Source: Pontiella sp. (GTDB lineage: Bacteria > Verrucomicrobiota > Kiritimatiellia > Kiritimatiellales > Pontiellaceae). Taken from it: a DNA stretch of 64,000 bases. Under the pieces are notes generated by a model. That model searched no databases. It saw only the letters and a list, made by a program, of their open reading frames with translations, and was not told the DNA's origin. The stretch is from positions 244,409 to 308,408 of the forward strand of contig JBNKHE010000004.1 in NCBI GenBank assembly GCA_050290185.1, given 5' to 3'. The translations under genes and the position numbers were made by a program. Shown here piece after piece: positions 35,457-45,588 of the stretch (its first letter is position 1; each line of letters opens with the position of its first letter).

Positions 35457-37364
35457 TTAGTCCAGTTCCGCGAGCTCAGCGTTTGCCGAATCCTGCTTCT
35501 CTTGTTCTTTGCGGAGGATACGTTCCCGTTCCTCGATGCGCTGTTGCTCTTCGAGTTTCATCATCTTCAGCATGTCGTCAAGCTTGTCGTTTTCTTCCGA
35601 CTCGTAATACTCGCGGCCATGTTCGCGAAGGATGCGGGAGTTGCGATCCTGAATAACCTGGCGACGAGCCAGCTCAGCATCGGACGGCATGCCGGTATCC
35701 GAATCAAGGTTCTGTGTATTCGCCAGTCCGACCGTAACGAAGATGATGGTCTCATCCTGTCCGCGTACAGTCTGCTCCCAAGAGAAAAGCCGTCCGAGCA
35801 ATGGAATACTTCCCAGCAACGGAACCTTGTGTTCTTCTTCCGACTCGGTCACTTCCGTCAGACCGCCGATGGCCGCCGTCTGCCCGCTGGCCAGATTGAA
35901 AACGGTCTGAATACTTTTCTCGTCGATGATGGGATACGTATTGTCCCCGGCCTGTTTATCGGCAAACTTGCGGGTTAGCGAGGGCTGTATCCTCACCGTG
36001 ATGTTGCTCGACGTGTTGATCGAAGGGACCACATCCAGCTTGATGCCGTATTCGAAGAAAGGCTCTTTCTCGTCTAGGGTGAAGGTGATGGTATCCGGCG
36101 TATCGTTCAGCGCCTGCTGACGTTCCTGCCTCAAGTTCGGCTCCTTACGGATGATCGAAATGTTGGCCGGTTCTTCATTGGCCACGATAATTTTCGGATT
36201 CGATACAATATTCACGCCTTTGTTTTGCTCCAGAGCGCTAAGTATCATTCGGAATTCGTCGGCACTCAGGACACTGGTAAACACCTCTTCCCGGCCCTTG
36301 ACCGAGACATCCTGCAACGCAGGCGTCACGCCTTCGAGGGTAAAGATGCCGGATCCGGGATTACGCTGCCCCCCATTCGCATAGCCACCGGCATCCTCAT
36401 AGGCATTTCCAGCGACGTCGCGGAACGTGTTTGCCGTAGTGGAATCCGTTTTAGTGCGACTAAAGCTTTTCGTGGTGGCACCCGAGGAACCGAGGCCATA
36501 GCCCTGCAGAACGGACCAGTCGACGCCAAGATCCTTCTGCGCGTCGTCGGTCAGCTCCATGAACTTGGATTCAATGTAGACCTGCTGGCGAACCGTATCA
36601 ATGGAGGAAAGTACTTCGCGAACCTCGCCTAGGCTGGACTCGGTACTCTTCACCACCAGCATGTTGCGGGAGGCAAACTCGGAGATCGTGGCGTTTTTGG
36701 GCAAGAGCTGCCGGATGAGTTCGGCGACGTTGGGAACCGTGGCATATTTCAGGATAAACGTTTCAACAACCTGCGGCTCCGGCGCACCGGCCGGGCGGCG
36801 GCGGACGCTGTAGACATTAGATCCGGCAACGCGCTGGTAGAGTTCATAGTCGTACGTATCGAGGATCGACTGGAGAGCCGGGCGCCATTCAACATCCTTG
36901 AGATTTACTGAAATCTGGGAAGCTTCGGTGAGCTCGGGCACGATAATGTTTGCGCCGGAAAGCTGGGCGAAGAGGGTGATGGCTTCATCAAGTCCCACCT
37001 TATTCAGGCGAACGGAAATCAGGTTTTCCGTGGTCATGCCCATGCTGTTTTCAGAGTCGCTCGACATACTGAGGTTGTCCACCTGATCCGCGTCCTCCGG
37101 GTCGCTCGCATCGGAGTCATCCATAACCACATCGACCTCTTCGGCGCCCTCCTCGGCAACAACTGTTGCCTCTTCCGCCTGGCTTGAAGGTGTGGTGTCG
37201 GCAGGCGCAGCCTCTGCCGATTCAGCGGGTTGCTGATTCAACTTATTCAACAGGTTCAGCAGATCCTGGTCCTCAACCTTCTCTTGCTGTGCCTGAACCA
37301 TCGTCACTGCCAGTACAACGACTGCAGTTGCGACCCAAAATCTGGCTATTGTGCATGTTCTCAT
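35457..37364 (-). CDS. pilQ: Secretin (PilQ/GspD family)
   Basis: QVYIESKFME..DLGVDW; SNPKI; GQTAAIGGL; KVPLLGSIPLLGRLF. Confidence 0.9.
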   Translation of the reverse strand: MRTCTIARFWVATAVVVLAVTMVQAQQEKVEDQDLLNLLNKLNQQPAESAEAAPADTTPSSQAEEATVVAEEGAEEVDVVMDDSDASDPEDADQVDNLSMSSDSENSMGMTTENLISVRLNKVGLDEAITLFAQLSGANIIVPELTEASQISVNLKDVEWRPALQSILDTYDYELYQRVAGSNVYSVRRRPAGAPEPQVVETFILKYATVPNVAELIRQLLPKNATISEFASRNMLVVKSTESSLGEVREVLSSIDTVRQQVYIESKFMELTDDAQKDLGVDWSVLQGYGLGSSGATTKSFSRTKTDSTTANTFRDVAGNAYEDAGGYANGGQRNPGSGIFTLEGVTPALQDVSVKGREEVFTSVLSADEFRMILSALEQNKGVNIVSNPKIIVANEEPANISIIRKEPNLRQERQQALNDTPDTITFTLDEKEPFFEYGIKLDVVPSINTSSNITVRIQPSLTRKFADKQAGDNTYPIIDEKSIQTVFNLASGQTAAIGGLTEVTESEEEHKVPLLGSIPLLGRLFSWEQTVRGQDETIIFVTVGLANTQNLDSDTGMPSDAELARRQVIQDRNSRILREHGREYYESEENDKLDDMLKMMKLEEQQRIEERERILRKEQEKQDSANAELAELD

Positions 37365-37398
37365 CGTATTGCCTTCCTGTTTACCTCTGAATTAAAAT

Positions 37399-37827
37399 CT
37401 AACGTACCGACACTCGGCGCAACTTTACGGATCCCGGGGGTTCGATGGAATCAACCGCCCATGTATAGACGGAGCCATCGAGGCGAACTGAAACCGTATC
37501 TCCCACACTCTTCAACTCACCGTTGATCACCGCGTAGTACTCGCTCTCTGCGCTACTGCTTACCCCATTGATAACGACGTTTTTCATAGCTTTCTGCCAA
37601 CTGCCGCCGGTTGACGCCACGGAGCTCTCCTCCGATGAGTTCTGCGTACTTATCGGCATGTAGCCTACCGGCCAGAACGGATCGCGTTTTACAGCGGCAT
37701 GGCCCTTTTTAGCATTATTAGTGCCAGTTTTTACATCGGTGCCTTCCCCGGAATATGCGATGCATGCAGCAAACGTGGTCAGAACTAAAAGTATACAGCG
37801 GTTCTTCATTACAGTGTGGCATTTCAT
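37399..37827 (-). CDS. PilP-like / GspC-HR-like assembly protein
   Basis: RDPFWP motif; INGVS..AVING; position between pilO and secretin. Confidence 0.7.
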   Translation of the reverse strand: MKCHTVMKNRCILLVLTTFAACIAYSGEGTDVKTGTNNAKKGHAAVKRDPFWPVGYMPISTQNSSEESSVASTGGSWQKAMKNVVINGVSSSAESEYYAVINGELKSVGDTVSVRLDGSVYTWAVDSIEPPGSVKLRRVSVR

Positions 37828-39299
37828 GGTTGATCTCCAATTAAGCTGTCCAACAAGGAATTAAGAGATTCATTATTCTCAGTATTGCTTTGATCCATCA
37901 GAAGTGATTCGAGCTTTTCAGCACTTTTCCTGGTCGTGATGTAGTTGGAGTCCGTTGCGTCCGATGTACCGGATGGGCCGAGGTCCGGCTCGGGCTTCTC
38001 TTCACTTACGGTTTCCGGTTCAGCAACCTGGTCCGCGACAGGTTCCGTATCATTTAAAACAACCGGTTCATCGGTGGCATCCGGACCGGAACCTGATTGC
38101 AGATTTTCCAACAAGGAGTCGATCGCATCACCAGGTTCTTCCGGTTCAATGTTTTCTACTCCTGCTGAAGGCTCTTCAGGCTCAGGCACCACGTGTCCCT
38201 CAACATCCGGGGTTACAGTTTCCAGCACCGATTCCGGTTCGGCCAACTCGAGTGCTGCTGGAGTCTTTTCGATGGTTTCGGGCTCGGGTTCCGGCTCGAT
38301 TGCTACTGCCTGTTCCGGCTCGGAAACCTGTACTTCCGGCTGGGGCTCCGGCTCTGGAGGTGTCGGTTCAAGATCAGGTTCCGTTGTTGGTTCAAGCGTC
38401 ACTTCCGGTTCGGGTTGCGGCTCGATCGGTTCGATCTGCTTGGGCTCGGGCTTCGGCATAACACGCGGTTCGGGCGGTGTAGGTTCGGATTTGGGTCCTG
38501 GCTCAACCTTCACTACCGACTCAGGCCGGACGGAAGGTGGCGTCGTTGCGGATTTCGGAACTGTGCGTGGCGCGGGCGGTGTGGGCTCAGACTTGAGTTC
38601 GGGTTGGGGCTGGGCACGCGCTGCGGCCTCGTTTGATGCTGCTTCCGCATTGAGCGCATTTTCCCGTTCCTGCAGCGCCAACTCCTGTTGCTTGGATTCA
38701 ACGGAGTCCCAGCTCTCGGAAATTTTTCCAAGATTAAACGGCCATTGCAACCAAAGCTGAACACTATGCTTATCCCGCGATGCGCCGCTCGCCATATCCA
38801 GTCCGGCAAACCGAACCAACGGATAACTTTCCTTCATGCTTTTGATGAATGCTTTAACATTGTTGTATCCACCATGGGCACTAACACGCAACGCATAGGA
38901 TTCCAGTTTCAGCTCTTCGCCGGTCTCGTCTGGCGACTTGTTCTGGATGCTGGGGATTTCATCAATGGAATCAACTTCAAGCCCCGACATCCTGGCTTGC
39001 GAATAAACCACCTCGGTAGCCCATGAATAGTAGTTTCGTTCCGGCGGCGCATTTTTGATCTGTTCCTTCAGCTCCAGCATCGTCGCCTGGAAGTCGTCGC
39101 TCACCACGTTGCGTCTGGACAAGGTCCGATCGGCAGCATCAATCTTACCCTCCAACTCCGTCAGCTCCGCTTTGGCCTCCCTAACCGACGAAAGACTTAA
39201 GCGAATACCGATTACCACTACGATGAGCAGGATCACGGCCACAAGAGCGCCGAGCACCATATATTGTTTTTGCTCCTTGGTTAAGGTATTGAGGCTCAT
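37824..39299 (-). CDS. PilO/GspM-like protein with long Pro/Glu-rich C-terminal extension
   Basis: TM + coiled coil + GGYNNVKAFI..M...YPL; ~280-aa PEPE-rich tail. Confidence 0.75.
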   Translation of the reverse strand: MSLNTLTKEQKQYMVLGALVAVILLIVVVIGIRLSLSSVREAKAELTELEGKIDAADRTLSRRNVVSDDFQATMLELKEQIKNAPPERNYYSWATEVVYSQARMSGLEVDSIDEIPSIQNKSPDETGEELKLESYALRVSAHGGYNNVKAFIKSMKESYPLVRFAGLDMASGASRDKHSVQLWLQWPFNLGKISESWDSVESKQQELALQERENALNAEAASNEAAARAQPQPELKSEPTPPAPRTVPKSATTPPSVRPESVVKVEPGPKSEPTPPEPRVMPKPEPKQIEPIEPQPEPEVTLEPTTEPDLEPTPPEPEPQPEVQVSEPEQAVAIEPEPEPETIEKTPAALELAEPESVLETVTPDVEGHVVPEPEEPSAGVENIEPEEPGDAIDSLLENLQSGSGPDATDEPVVLNDTEPVADQVAEPETVSEEKPEPDLGPSGTSDATDSNYITTRKSAEKLESLLMDQSNTENNESLNSLLDSLIGDQP

Positions 39300-39922
39300 T
39301 TTGTGCCTCCTTCTTCGTTGGAGCCGATGATGCTGAATTCGCGCACGTTCAATCCTTCAGCGTTCTGCCGTTTACGCATATTGGTCAGCTCTACGTCCTT
39401 GAATGCTGCACCAATGCCCGCGGAGGAAAGAAGATCCCGATGAAACTGCCATACATCATCCTCGGCCCGTTCGCCCTGGGAGATCCCTTCGATCTGCAAC
39501 TTGAAATTCAGCTGCATGTCCTCGGGAACTTCATAGACACCAGGGGTAACCGCTCCACGCAGCGCGAATCGAGTGAACTGAATATTCCGGGGAACGACTT
39601 CCTGAAGTTCATCCATCAGGTCGACCAGCGGCAGCTGGGAATCCCGCCAGCCTACAAACAGTGAGAGAACCTTCTGATTGGCCGCGAGGCTCCGGTTTTC
39701 TTCCTTGTACAAAGCAAGGGTGGGTTCAAGGTTCGTCCAGATTTCGCGGGTAGCTTTCAGATCAGCCTGAATTCCGTTGTACTGCACCAGTTTGATTCCG
39801 CTCAAAACGGCAATCAGAAGAATCGGCGTTACCACCACGCTGATCATCATGAACCGTCGGCTTACCGCACCTTGATAGCGTTGCTCGCTCTTCTTAAGCA
39901 GGTTGACTCGTGGGTAGCTCAT
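39296..39922 (-). CDS. pilN: PilN-like protein
   Basis: RVNLL N-terminal motif; TM; DEL..VVP.NIQF. Confidence 0.8.
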   Translation of the reverse strand: MSYPRVNLLKKSEQRYQGAVSRRFMMISVVVTPILLIAVLSGIKLVQYNGIQADLKATREIWTNLEPTLALYKEENRSLAANQKVLSLFVGWRDSQLPLVDLMDELQEVVPRNIQFTRFALRGAVTPGVYEVPEDMQLNFKLQIEGISQGERAEDDVWQFHRDLLSSAGIGAAFKDVELTNMRKRQNAEGLNVREFSIIGSNEEGGTK

Positions 39923-40932
39923 TGATCCTCCAACCCGCCAATAGCGACGCCAATGGCTGCCGAAAAACGCGTGGCCTGCTCTTCGATCTCGGGCGGGATA
40001 ACATCATCGTCGTATTGGATGTTTTCAAACGGGCTCCATTTCACGACATCGGCATGCAGCATCTGCCCCATTTCAGTGGTCCAACTGGACATAAGGCTGA
40101 GCCCGCCGGAAACGAAGATTTTGGTTACACGACAGTTCCGGTGCCGCTCAATGAAATCCTTCGAAATCGATATCTGTTTGGTCAAAGGCTCCAATACGCT
40201 GGCTAGCGATGATGAGATATTGATGGAGCGGTCGCTGAGAATCGACCGTGCCAGATCATCATCAACCCCCAGATCCGCAGCCAGCTTTTTACGCAACTGG
40301 CTACTTCCAAAATCTACTTTTCCGACCAATACAACCACACCTTGGTTCAAGAACACAAAATTACTGGTGGATTCTCCGGCTTCGATCAGGCAGACCGCTT
40401 CGCCGGCACATTCCTCCCCTCGTGCATGAAGAAAAGCCGATATGACTGCGAGGCCGGATACTTCGAGAGAGGCGGGTGCGGGAGGCCCTGCAGGGAACAT
40501 GTTCAGCATGAAACCCACATCATCCTGAGGAATGGCCGCGGCAAGGAAGCTAGAATCCTGCCGGCCTTTGCCTTGATTAATCAGTCTGGCAGACGGCCGG
40601 TAGTCATCTGTCACATTGAGCAACTCGCGGATCTTGGAATCGGACAAGACAGAGTTGCCCTCCTGCAAAGGCGTATTCACCATGCGGATCACGGCCTCGG
40701 GGCACGTGTAGCATAGACAGCTGTAGTACGACAGCATGTTGCGTGGCAGTTCGATTCTGGTGGATGCAGAATGGAAGTCCACTGGAGGCAGCAGGTCGAT
40801 GCCCGATAACGAAACGTTATCGCCCGATTGTTTAAGCCGCACTACCTTGGTTGCCGTTGTGGAAAAATCGATTCCGACCAGATCGCTATGATGGCGTTGA
40901 GCTTGTTTTTTCGAGAATGTTTTCTTAATCAT
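39919..40932 (-). CDS. pilM: PilM-like actin-fold assembly protein
   Basis: VGIDF..ATKVV; IFVSGGLS; AAIGVAIG. Confidence 0.85.
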   Translation of the reverse strand: MIKKTFSKKQAQRHHSDLVGIDFSTTATKVVRLKQSGDNVSLSGIDLLPPVDFHSASTRIELPRNMLSYYSCLCYTCPEAVIRMVNTPLQEGNSVLSDSKIRELLNVTDDYRPSARLINQGKGRQDSSFLAAAIPQDDVGFMLNMFPAGPPAPASLEVSGLAVISAFLHARGEECAGEAVCLIEAGESTSNFVFLNQGVVVLVGKVDFGSSQLRKKLAADLGVDDDLARSILSDRSINISSSLASVLEPLTKQISISKDFIERHRNCRVTKIFVSGGLSLMSSWTTEMGQMLHADVVKWSPFENIQYDDDVIPPEIEEQATRFSAAIGVAIGGLEDQ

Positions 40933-41010
40933 TTTTCCCTTATGCTCTTATCTCAATACGGTTTCCCCTCTCCCTAGAGAACCCGCATATTTGCTGTGCG
41001 CAAACCAGTA

Positions 41011-41027
41011 AAGCAGTATCCATACCA
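41011..41027 (-). promoter_or_regulatory. sigma54 (-24/-12) promoter of pilM operon
   Basis: TGGTATGGATACTGCTT (GG-N10-GC). Confidence 0.6.
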
Positions 41028-41126
41028 TGATGATCCGACAATTTCCCTCTTGCTAAAAACCAGCTCGGTATCAATGATGTACACCATAAGGTTTTTCATT
41101 AGACCCCGAATTAGCAGGAGTGATGT

Positions 41127-41654
41127 GTGAGCGAAGTGAGTGACAGCAACCTGATGCCCAGCGGGGATTTGACGGAAGAAGAAGAGGTGCACGCTCAGTG
41201 GACCATGTTGCTGACCATACTGTTGCTGATTGCCGGCTTCCTGTTTGCCAGCACCCTGCTCATGCACCAGGTTGTTCAAGCCCGATCCCCGGAGGATAAA
41301 CCGATCTTTCAACTGTTTTCCCTGATTGAGAAGGGCAAGTCATTCGCAGCGCGCGCGCCCGCCCGGGAAACGCCCTCCGAGGAAATCAGGGAAACGCAAT
41401 CCTCCCCGCTTGAAGGAATAAAGAAAATCGTCATCAGTCAGGTCTCCTCAGAAAAAGTAAGGTGGCCCCGGCTTAGAATGACAGGGTTCGGCAAAGCAGC
41501 AGACGGTTCCGAAGGATTTGCCATTATCAATGGAGAGCTTGTCCATCCCGGAGAACTTGCCGGAAAAGTCACGCTCGTGGAAGTACGCGCCCACGATGTA
41601 GTCGTTGAATACAAAGGAGAGCGCAAGAACCTTACGGTTGAACTGAAGGATTAG
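41127..41654 (+). CDS. Bitopic membrane protein with GspB/GspC-like C-terminal domain
   Basis: TM; LRMTG..FAIING..VHPGE..V.LVEV...VVVEYKG. Confidence 0.65.
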   Translation: MSEVSDSNLMPSGDLTEEEEVHAQWTMLLTILLLIAGFLFASTLLMHQVVQARSPEDKPIFQLFSLIEKGKSFAARAPARETPSEEIRETQSSPLEGIKKIVISQVSSEKVRWPRLRMTGFGKAADGSEGFAIINGELVHPGELAGKVTLVEVRAHDVVVEYKGERKNLTVELKD

Positions 41655-42522
41655 TCTTGGCCACCTGCGCGCGCAGTCGAGCGAGTGCCAGGTCGTAGTC
41701 TTCGGGCTCAACCAGATAGGTATGGCACCGGTGTCCACTCGCAGATTCCATCTTTTCCACCAAGGCATTGTTAAATGGATTTAATACGGCCACCAGCAAG
41801 TCGGTTCCCAAAAATGCAAATGGCAAGGCGCCATCGTGCGCGGCAAACTCCAGCGGCAATGCTTGGGCAACCTCTTCCGATATTTCGTAACATGACAGAA
41901 TGATGCCCGGCACCCCCGAACGGGAGGACAAATAGTTCATGATCCGGTTCATTTGTGTAAATCCACGGTCATTTAAAACATGCAGTACGCTGACGGGGAC
42001 ATCCAATTCCTTGGACGACACCTCGGTCAGATCGTGCAACACGCTGGAATACTCTTCCTGAGACAACTGGTTTTCCTCGTACAACCGCCAGGCGAGCGCC
42101 AACTCCTCGCTGATATCGACTTCTTTCTTTCTGGAGCTGCTGAAATCCTGCGTTGAACGGCGCTCCGGTTCGGCTGCATTTCCAGAGACCGGTTCAGAAT
42201 CAGCCACCATGCGCAACCGCGCCTTTTGGGCAGCAACCTCTGATGGATATTCGGTTTCGTGCAGCGCCAGTTGATCACGAATAAAAGGAAGCAGGCTCTT
42301 TTCGTCGTTATTCACATAAACATCGATGATGCGGTTGAGGTATTCGACGGCCTTAGCGCTCTCCCCCACCTTATTATAGGCACTGTATAGGGCCTTCAAC
42401 GCATCGCTGTCATTGGGCATCACTTCCAGAATCTGCTCCAGCATCGCAATGCTGTCGGCCAGGTTCTGATCAATTGTCTCTTTGGAATCTTCCATGCTCG
42501 TCTCCGGATTACTAAACAACAA
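41632..42522 (-). CDS. TPR-like + T2SSE/GSPII N-terminal-domain protein lacking ATPase
   Basis: LEQILEVMPND..AL..LY; LP..FA..GALPF..LLVAVLNPFN. Confidence 0.7.
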   Translation of the reverse strand: MLFSNPETSMEDSKETIDQNLADSIAMLEQILEVMPNDSDALKALYSAYNKVGESAKAVEYLNRIIDVYVNNDEKSLLPFIRDQLALHETEYPSEVAAQKARLRMVADSEPVSGNAAEPERRSTQDFSSSRKKEVDISEELALAWRLYEENQLSQEEYSSVLHDLTEVSSKELDVPVSVLHVLNDRGFTQMNRIMNYLSSRSGVPGIILSCYEISEEVAQALPLEFAAHDGALPFAFLGTDLLVAVLNPFNNALVEKMESASGHRCHTYLVEPEDYDLALARLRAQVAKTNPSVQP

Positions 42523-42661
42523 TCCCCCTCAAAGCATGAAGCAGGCCATAAACAATCCATTCACAGCATAGCCCACTTTTTTATTATTGATAACTCCAAC
42601 TCCATCCGAAAGCATCCCTCGCCTCACCCACGGAACACTTCTTCATGCAAAAAGCCAATGC

Positions 42662-42678
42662 AAGCGAATCCAATGCCA
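42662..42678 (-). promoter_or_regulatory. sigma54 promoter (leftward)
   Basis: TGGCATTGGATTCGCTT. Confidence 0.6.
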
Positions 42679-42701
42679 CGGTTATGCACGTGCAGCCATG
42701 T

Positions 42702-42718
42702 TAGGCATGGGTTGTGCT
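42702..42718 (+). promoter_or_regulatory. sigma54 promoter of pilB operon
   Basis: TAGGCATGGGTTGTGCT, 40 nt before pilB. Confidence 0.6.
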
Positions 42719-42757
42719 TATTGAGTGCTGGTTAAATGAATCGGAAATGAAAATAAG

Positions 42758-44467
42758 ATGAGCACAACACGAAAAAGCCTGATGGATTGCCTTAAGCAGA
42801 TCCGCCCCATTGAAGCGGAGATCTTCGAGGAGGCGGAAAAAGAAGCGGAATCCACCCAAAAGCCGCTGGAGCAGCTGCTGATGGAGCAGGGTGTGGTTTC
42901 CGACGTCGACCTGGTGCTGGCCACTGCGGACTATCTCGACATCCGTCCCATTTCACTGGCTTCATTCACGCCGGAACCCACGCTGGTGGAGTTGATGACG
43001 AAAGAAAAGTGGCAGGAACTCAAGGCGCTGCCGATCTGCAAGATGGGATCGCAAATCACGGTCGCCATGGCCGACCCCTTTAATATTGTCGGGCGTGAGA
43101 CGATTACATCCAGCACCCAACTGGAACTGGTACCGGTCGTGGCGTTGGAACAGGAAATTGACGAGGCCACCGCATCCCTGACTTCCGAGCCATCGCAGGC
43201 ACTGGAAGATCTTCTCAAGGACATGGCCGATGAGAACGATGTCGAGATCGACCAGGATAGCCTCGACGAAGCCGGTCTGGATGAAGTCCTCGAAAACGCC
43301 GGAGAAGCCCCGGTGATCCGAATCACCAACTCCATTTTGATCGAAGCGCTTCGCAAACATGCGTCGGACATCCACATCGAACCGATGGAAAAAACCGTTC
43401 GGTTGCGAAACCGTATTGACGGCGTGCTCTACGAATCCCCCAGCCCGCCGAAAAACCTCCAGAATGCCATCATCTCACGTTTGAAAATCATGTCGCACCT
43501 CGATATTGCTGAGCGGCGTATTCCCCAGGACGGCCGTTTCAAGATCAAGGCCCTGGGCAAGGAAGTGGATGTGCGCGTCAGCATGCTTCCCACGGTCCAT
43601 GGCGAAAAAGTGGTGATGCGTATCCTCGATAAAAGCGCCCTTGCCCCCAACCTTGATTCGCTCGGGCTCGACGAGGTTTCGCAGGATAACTTTACCTACG
43701 CCCTTGGACAACCCTACGGCATGATTCTGGTAACGGGTCCGACGGGTAGCGGTAAAACCACCACCCTTTATTCCGCCCTGCAGGAACTCAACGTCGTTGG
43801 CACCAATATTATCACCACTGAAAACCCGGTGGAATACCAGCTTCACGGCATCAATCAGGTACAGATTAACCCGCAGGTCGGACTGACCTTTGCGGCGGCG
43901 CTGCGTTCCATCCTGCGTCAGGACCCGGACGTGGTGATGGTCGGGGAAATCCGTGATGCCGAAACCGCCACGATTGCCGTCGAGGCGGCGTTGACCGGCC
44001 ATATGGTGTTGAGCACGCTGCACACCAACGATGCCGCCGGCGCCATTGCCCGCCTGACCGACATGGGCATTGAACCCTTCATGCTAGCATCGTCCGTTCT
44101 ACTGACCCAGGCGCAACGTCTTTATCGAAAGCTTTGCCCGGTCTGTAAAAAGGAAATGGATGTGCCGCTCGAAACCCTTAAGAAAAATCGAATTGATCCC
44201 TCCGTACTTGAAGGCACCCAGTTCTATCAGAAGTCGGGTTGCCCGAAATGCAACGGAATTGGCTACAAAGGCCGTGGAGCCTTGATGGAAATCCTGCTGG
44301 TCAATGATGCCATCCGACGCACCATCCTGACTAATCCGGATGCGGATGCCATCGCTAAAATTGCGATTGAGAATGGCATGCGCACACTGCGCGATGCCGG
44401 CATGGAAAGATTGCGTGATGGGCTGACGAGCATTGAGGAAATCATGCGTGTCACCAGTGAACATTAA
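42758..44467 (+). CDS. pilB: Type IV pilus assembly ATPase PilB/GspE
   Basis: ASDIHIEP; PQDGR; GPTGSGKTTT; LRQDPD; TGH..LSTLH; CxxC..CxxC. Confidence 0.93.
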   Translation: MSTTRKSLMDCLKQIRPIEAEIFEEAEKEAESTQKPLEQLLMEQGVVSDVDLVLATADYLDIRPISLASFTPEPTLVELMTKEKWQELKALPICKMGSQITVAMADPFNIVGRETITSSTQLELVPVVALEQEIDEATASLTSEPSQALEDLLKDMADENDVEIDQDSLDEAGLDEVLENAGEAPVIRITNSILIEALRKHASDIHIEPMEKTVRLRNRIDGVLYESPSPPKNLQNAIISRLKIMSHLDIAERRIPQDGRFKIKALGKEVDVRVSMLPTVHGEKVVMRILDKSALAPNLDSLGLDEVSQDNFTYALGQPYGMILVTGPTGSGKTTTLYSALQELNVVGTNIITTENPVEYQLHGINQVQINPQVGLTFAAALRSILRQDPDVVMVGEIRDAETATIAVEAALTGHMVLSTLHTNDAAGAIARLTDMGIEPFMLASSVLLTQAQRLYRKLCPVCKKEMDVPLETLKKNRIDPSVLEGTQFYQKSGCPKCNGIGYKGRGALMEILLVNDAIRRTILTNPDADAIAKIAIENGMRTLRDAGMERLRDGLTSIEEIMRVTSEH

Positions 44468-44477
44468 GAGGAAACCC

Positions 44478-45569
44478 ATGAACAAGAACAAATTGAAAGC
44501 AAAAGGAAGCCTTCCGGTCGTGCGGGGTGCACGAACAATAAGGCTCAAGGAACTTTCCATATTTACCCGGCAGGTTTCAGCCATGCTGTCGGCCGGCATG
44601 CCACTGGTGCAAACATTGTGCGCCATGGAAGAGCAGACTGACAACAAGAACTTCAGGCCCGTGATTGCCGGCATTCGCTCCCGTGTTGAAGGCGGCTCCA
44701 TGTATTCCGAAGCCCTGACCTGCTATCCGACGGTTTTCGATGAACTGTATGTGAGTATGGTGCGCGCCGGTGAGGTGGGCGGCATCCTTCCCGAAACATG
44801 CTCCCGCGTGGCCGAGTTTCTCGAATCAAGCAACAAGCTTCGAGCCAAGGTGAAGTCCGCCATGATGTACCCCACCGTCGTCATTATCGTGGCGCTTGGC
44901 CTAGCCACTGCTCTGATCATGTTCGTGGTGCCTGTTTTTGCGAATATGTTTTCTGGTATGGGAGCCGACCTCCCTGGCCTGACCCAGGCCTTGCTCGACT
45001 TCAGCCACCTGTTGACGACCTATTGGTGGATCGTGCTTTTGCTAATGACTTCCTGCATCATGGGATTTCAACACTATTACAAAACCGACAAGGGGCAGTA
45101 TAAGGTCGACGAACTGAAACTGCGCTTCCCCATCCTGGGGCAACTGGCCACCAAGTTGGCGGTCAGCCGCTTCGCCTCCACCTTTTCTCAGTTGCTGCAC
45201 AGTGGGGTTCAGATCATGGAATCGCTGGAAATCGTGGGATTAGCCACCGGCAACCGCGTGATTGGCGATTCGCTCATCAAGGCGCGGAAGACCATCGAGG
45301 AAGGGCAGCCGCTCTCCTCCGCCCTGGAACCGAATAAATACTATCCGCGCATGCTCGTTCACATGCTTTCGGCGGGGGAAAAAACCGGACAGGTCGAAGA
45401 GATGATGGACAAGGTCTCGGAGTTCTATGAAACCGAAGTGGAAACCATGGTGAACGGTTTGACCTCCATGATCGAACCACTCCTGATGGTATTCATCGGC
45501 GGGGTGATCGGCACGATCGTCGTCGCAATGTTCCTGCCGATCTTCAAGATGAGCGAAGTCGTAATGTAG
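44478..45569 (+). CDS. pilC: Platform protein PilC/GspF
   Basis: FTRQ..ML.AG.PL; SAMMYP; GEKTG; IEP..AMFLPIF. Confidence 0.93.
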   Translation: MNKNKLKAKGSLPVVRGARTIRLKELSIFTRQVSAMLSAGMPLVQTLCAMEEQTDNKNFRPVIAGIRSRVEGGSMYSEALTCYPTVFDELYVSMVRAGEVGGILPETCSRVAEFLESSNKLRAKVKSAMMYPTVVIIVALGLATALIMFVVPVFANMFSGMGADLPGLTQALLDFSHLLTTYWWIVLLLMTSCIMGFQHYYKTDKGQYKVDELKLRFPILGQLATKLAVSRFASTFSQLLHSGVQIMESLEIVGLATGNRVIGDSLIKARKTIEEGQPLSSALEPNKYYPRMLVHMLSAGEKTGQVEEMMDKVSEFYETEVETMVNGLTSMIEPLLMVFIGGVIGTIVVAMFLPIFKMSEVVM

Positions 45570-45588
45570 CCGAACACACGGATGATTA

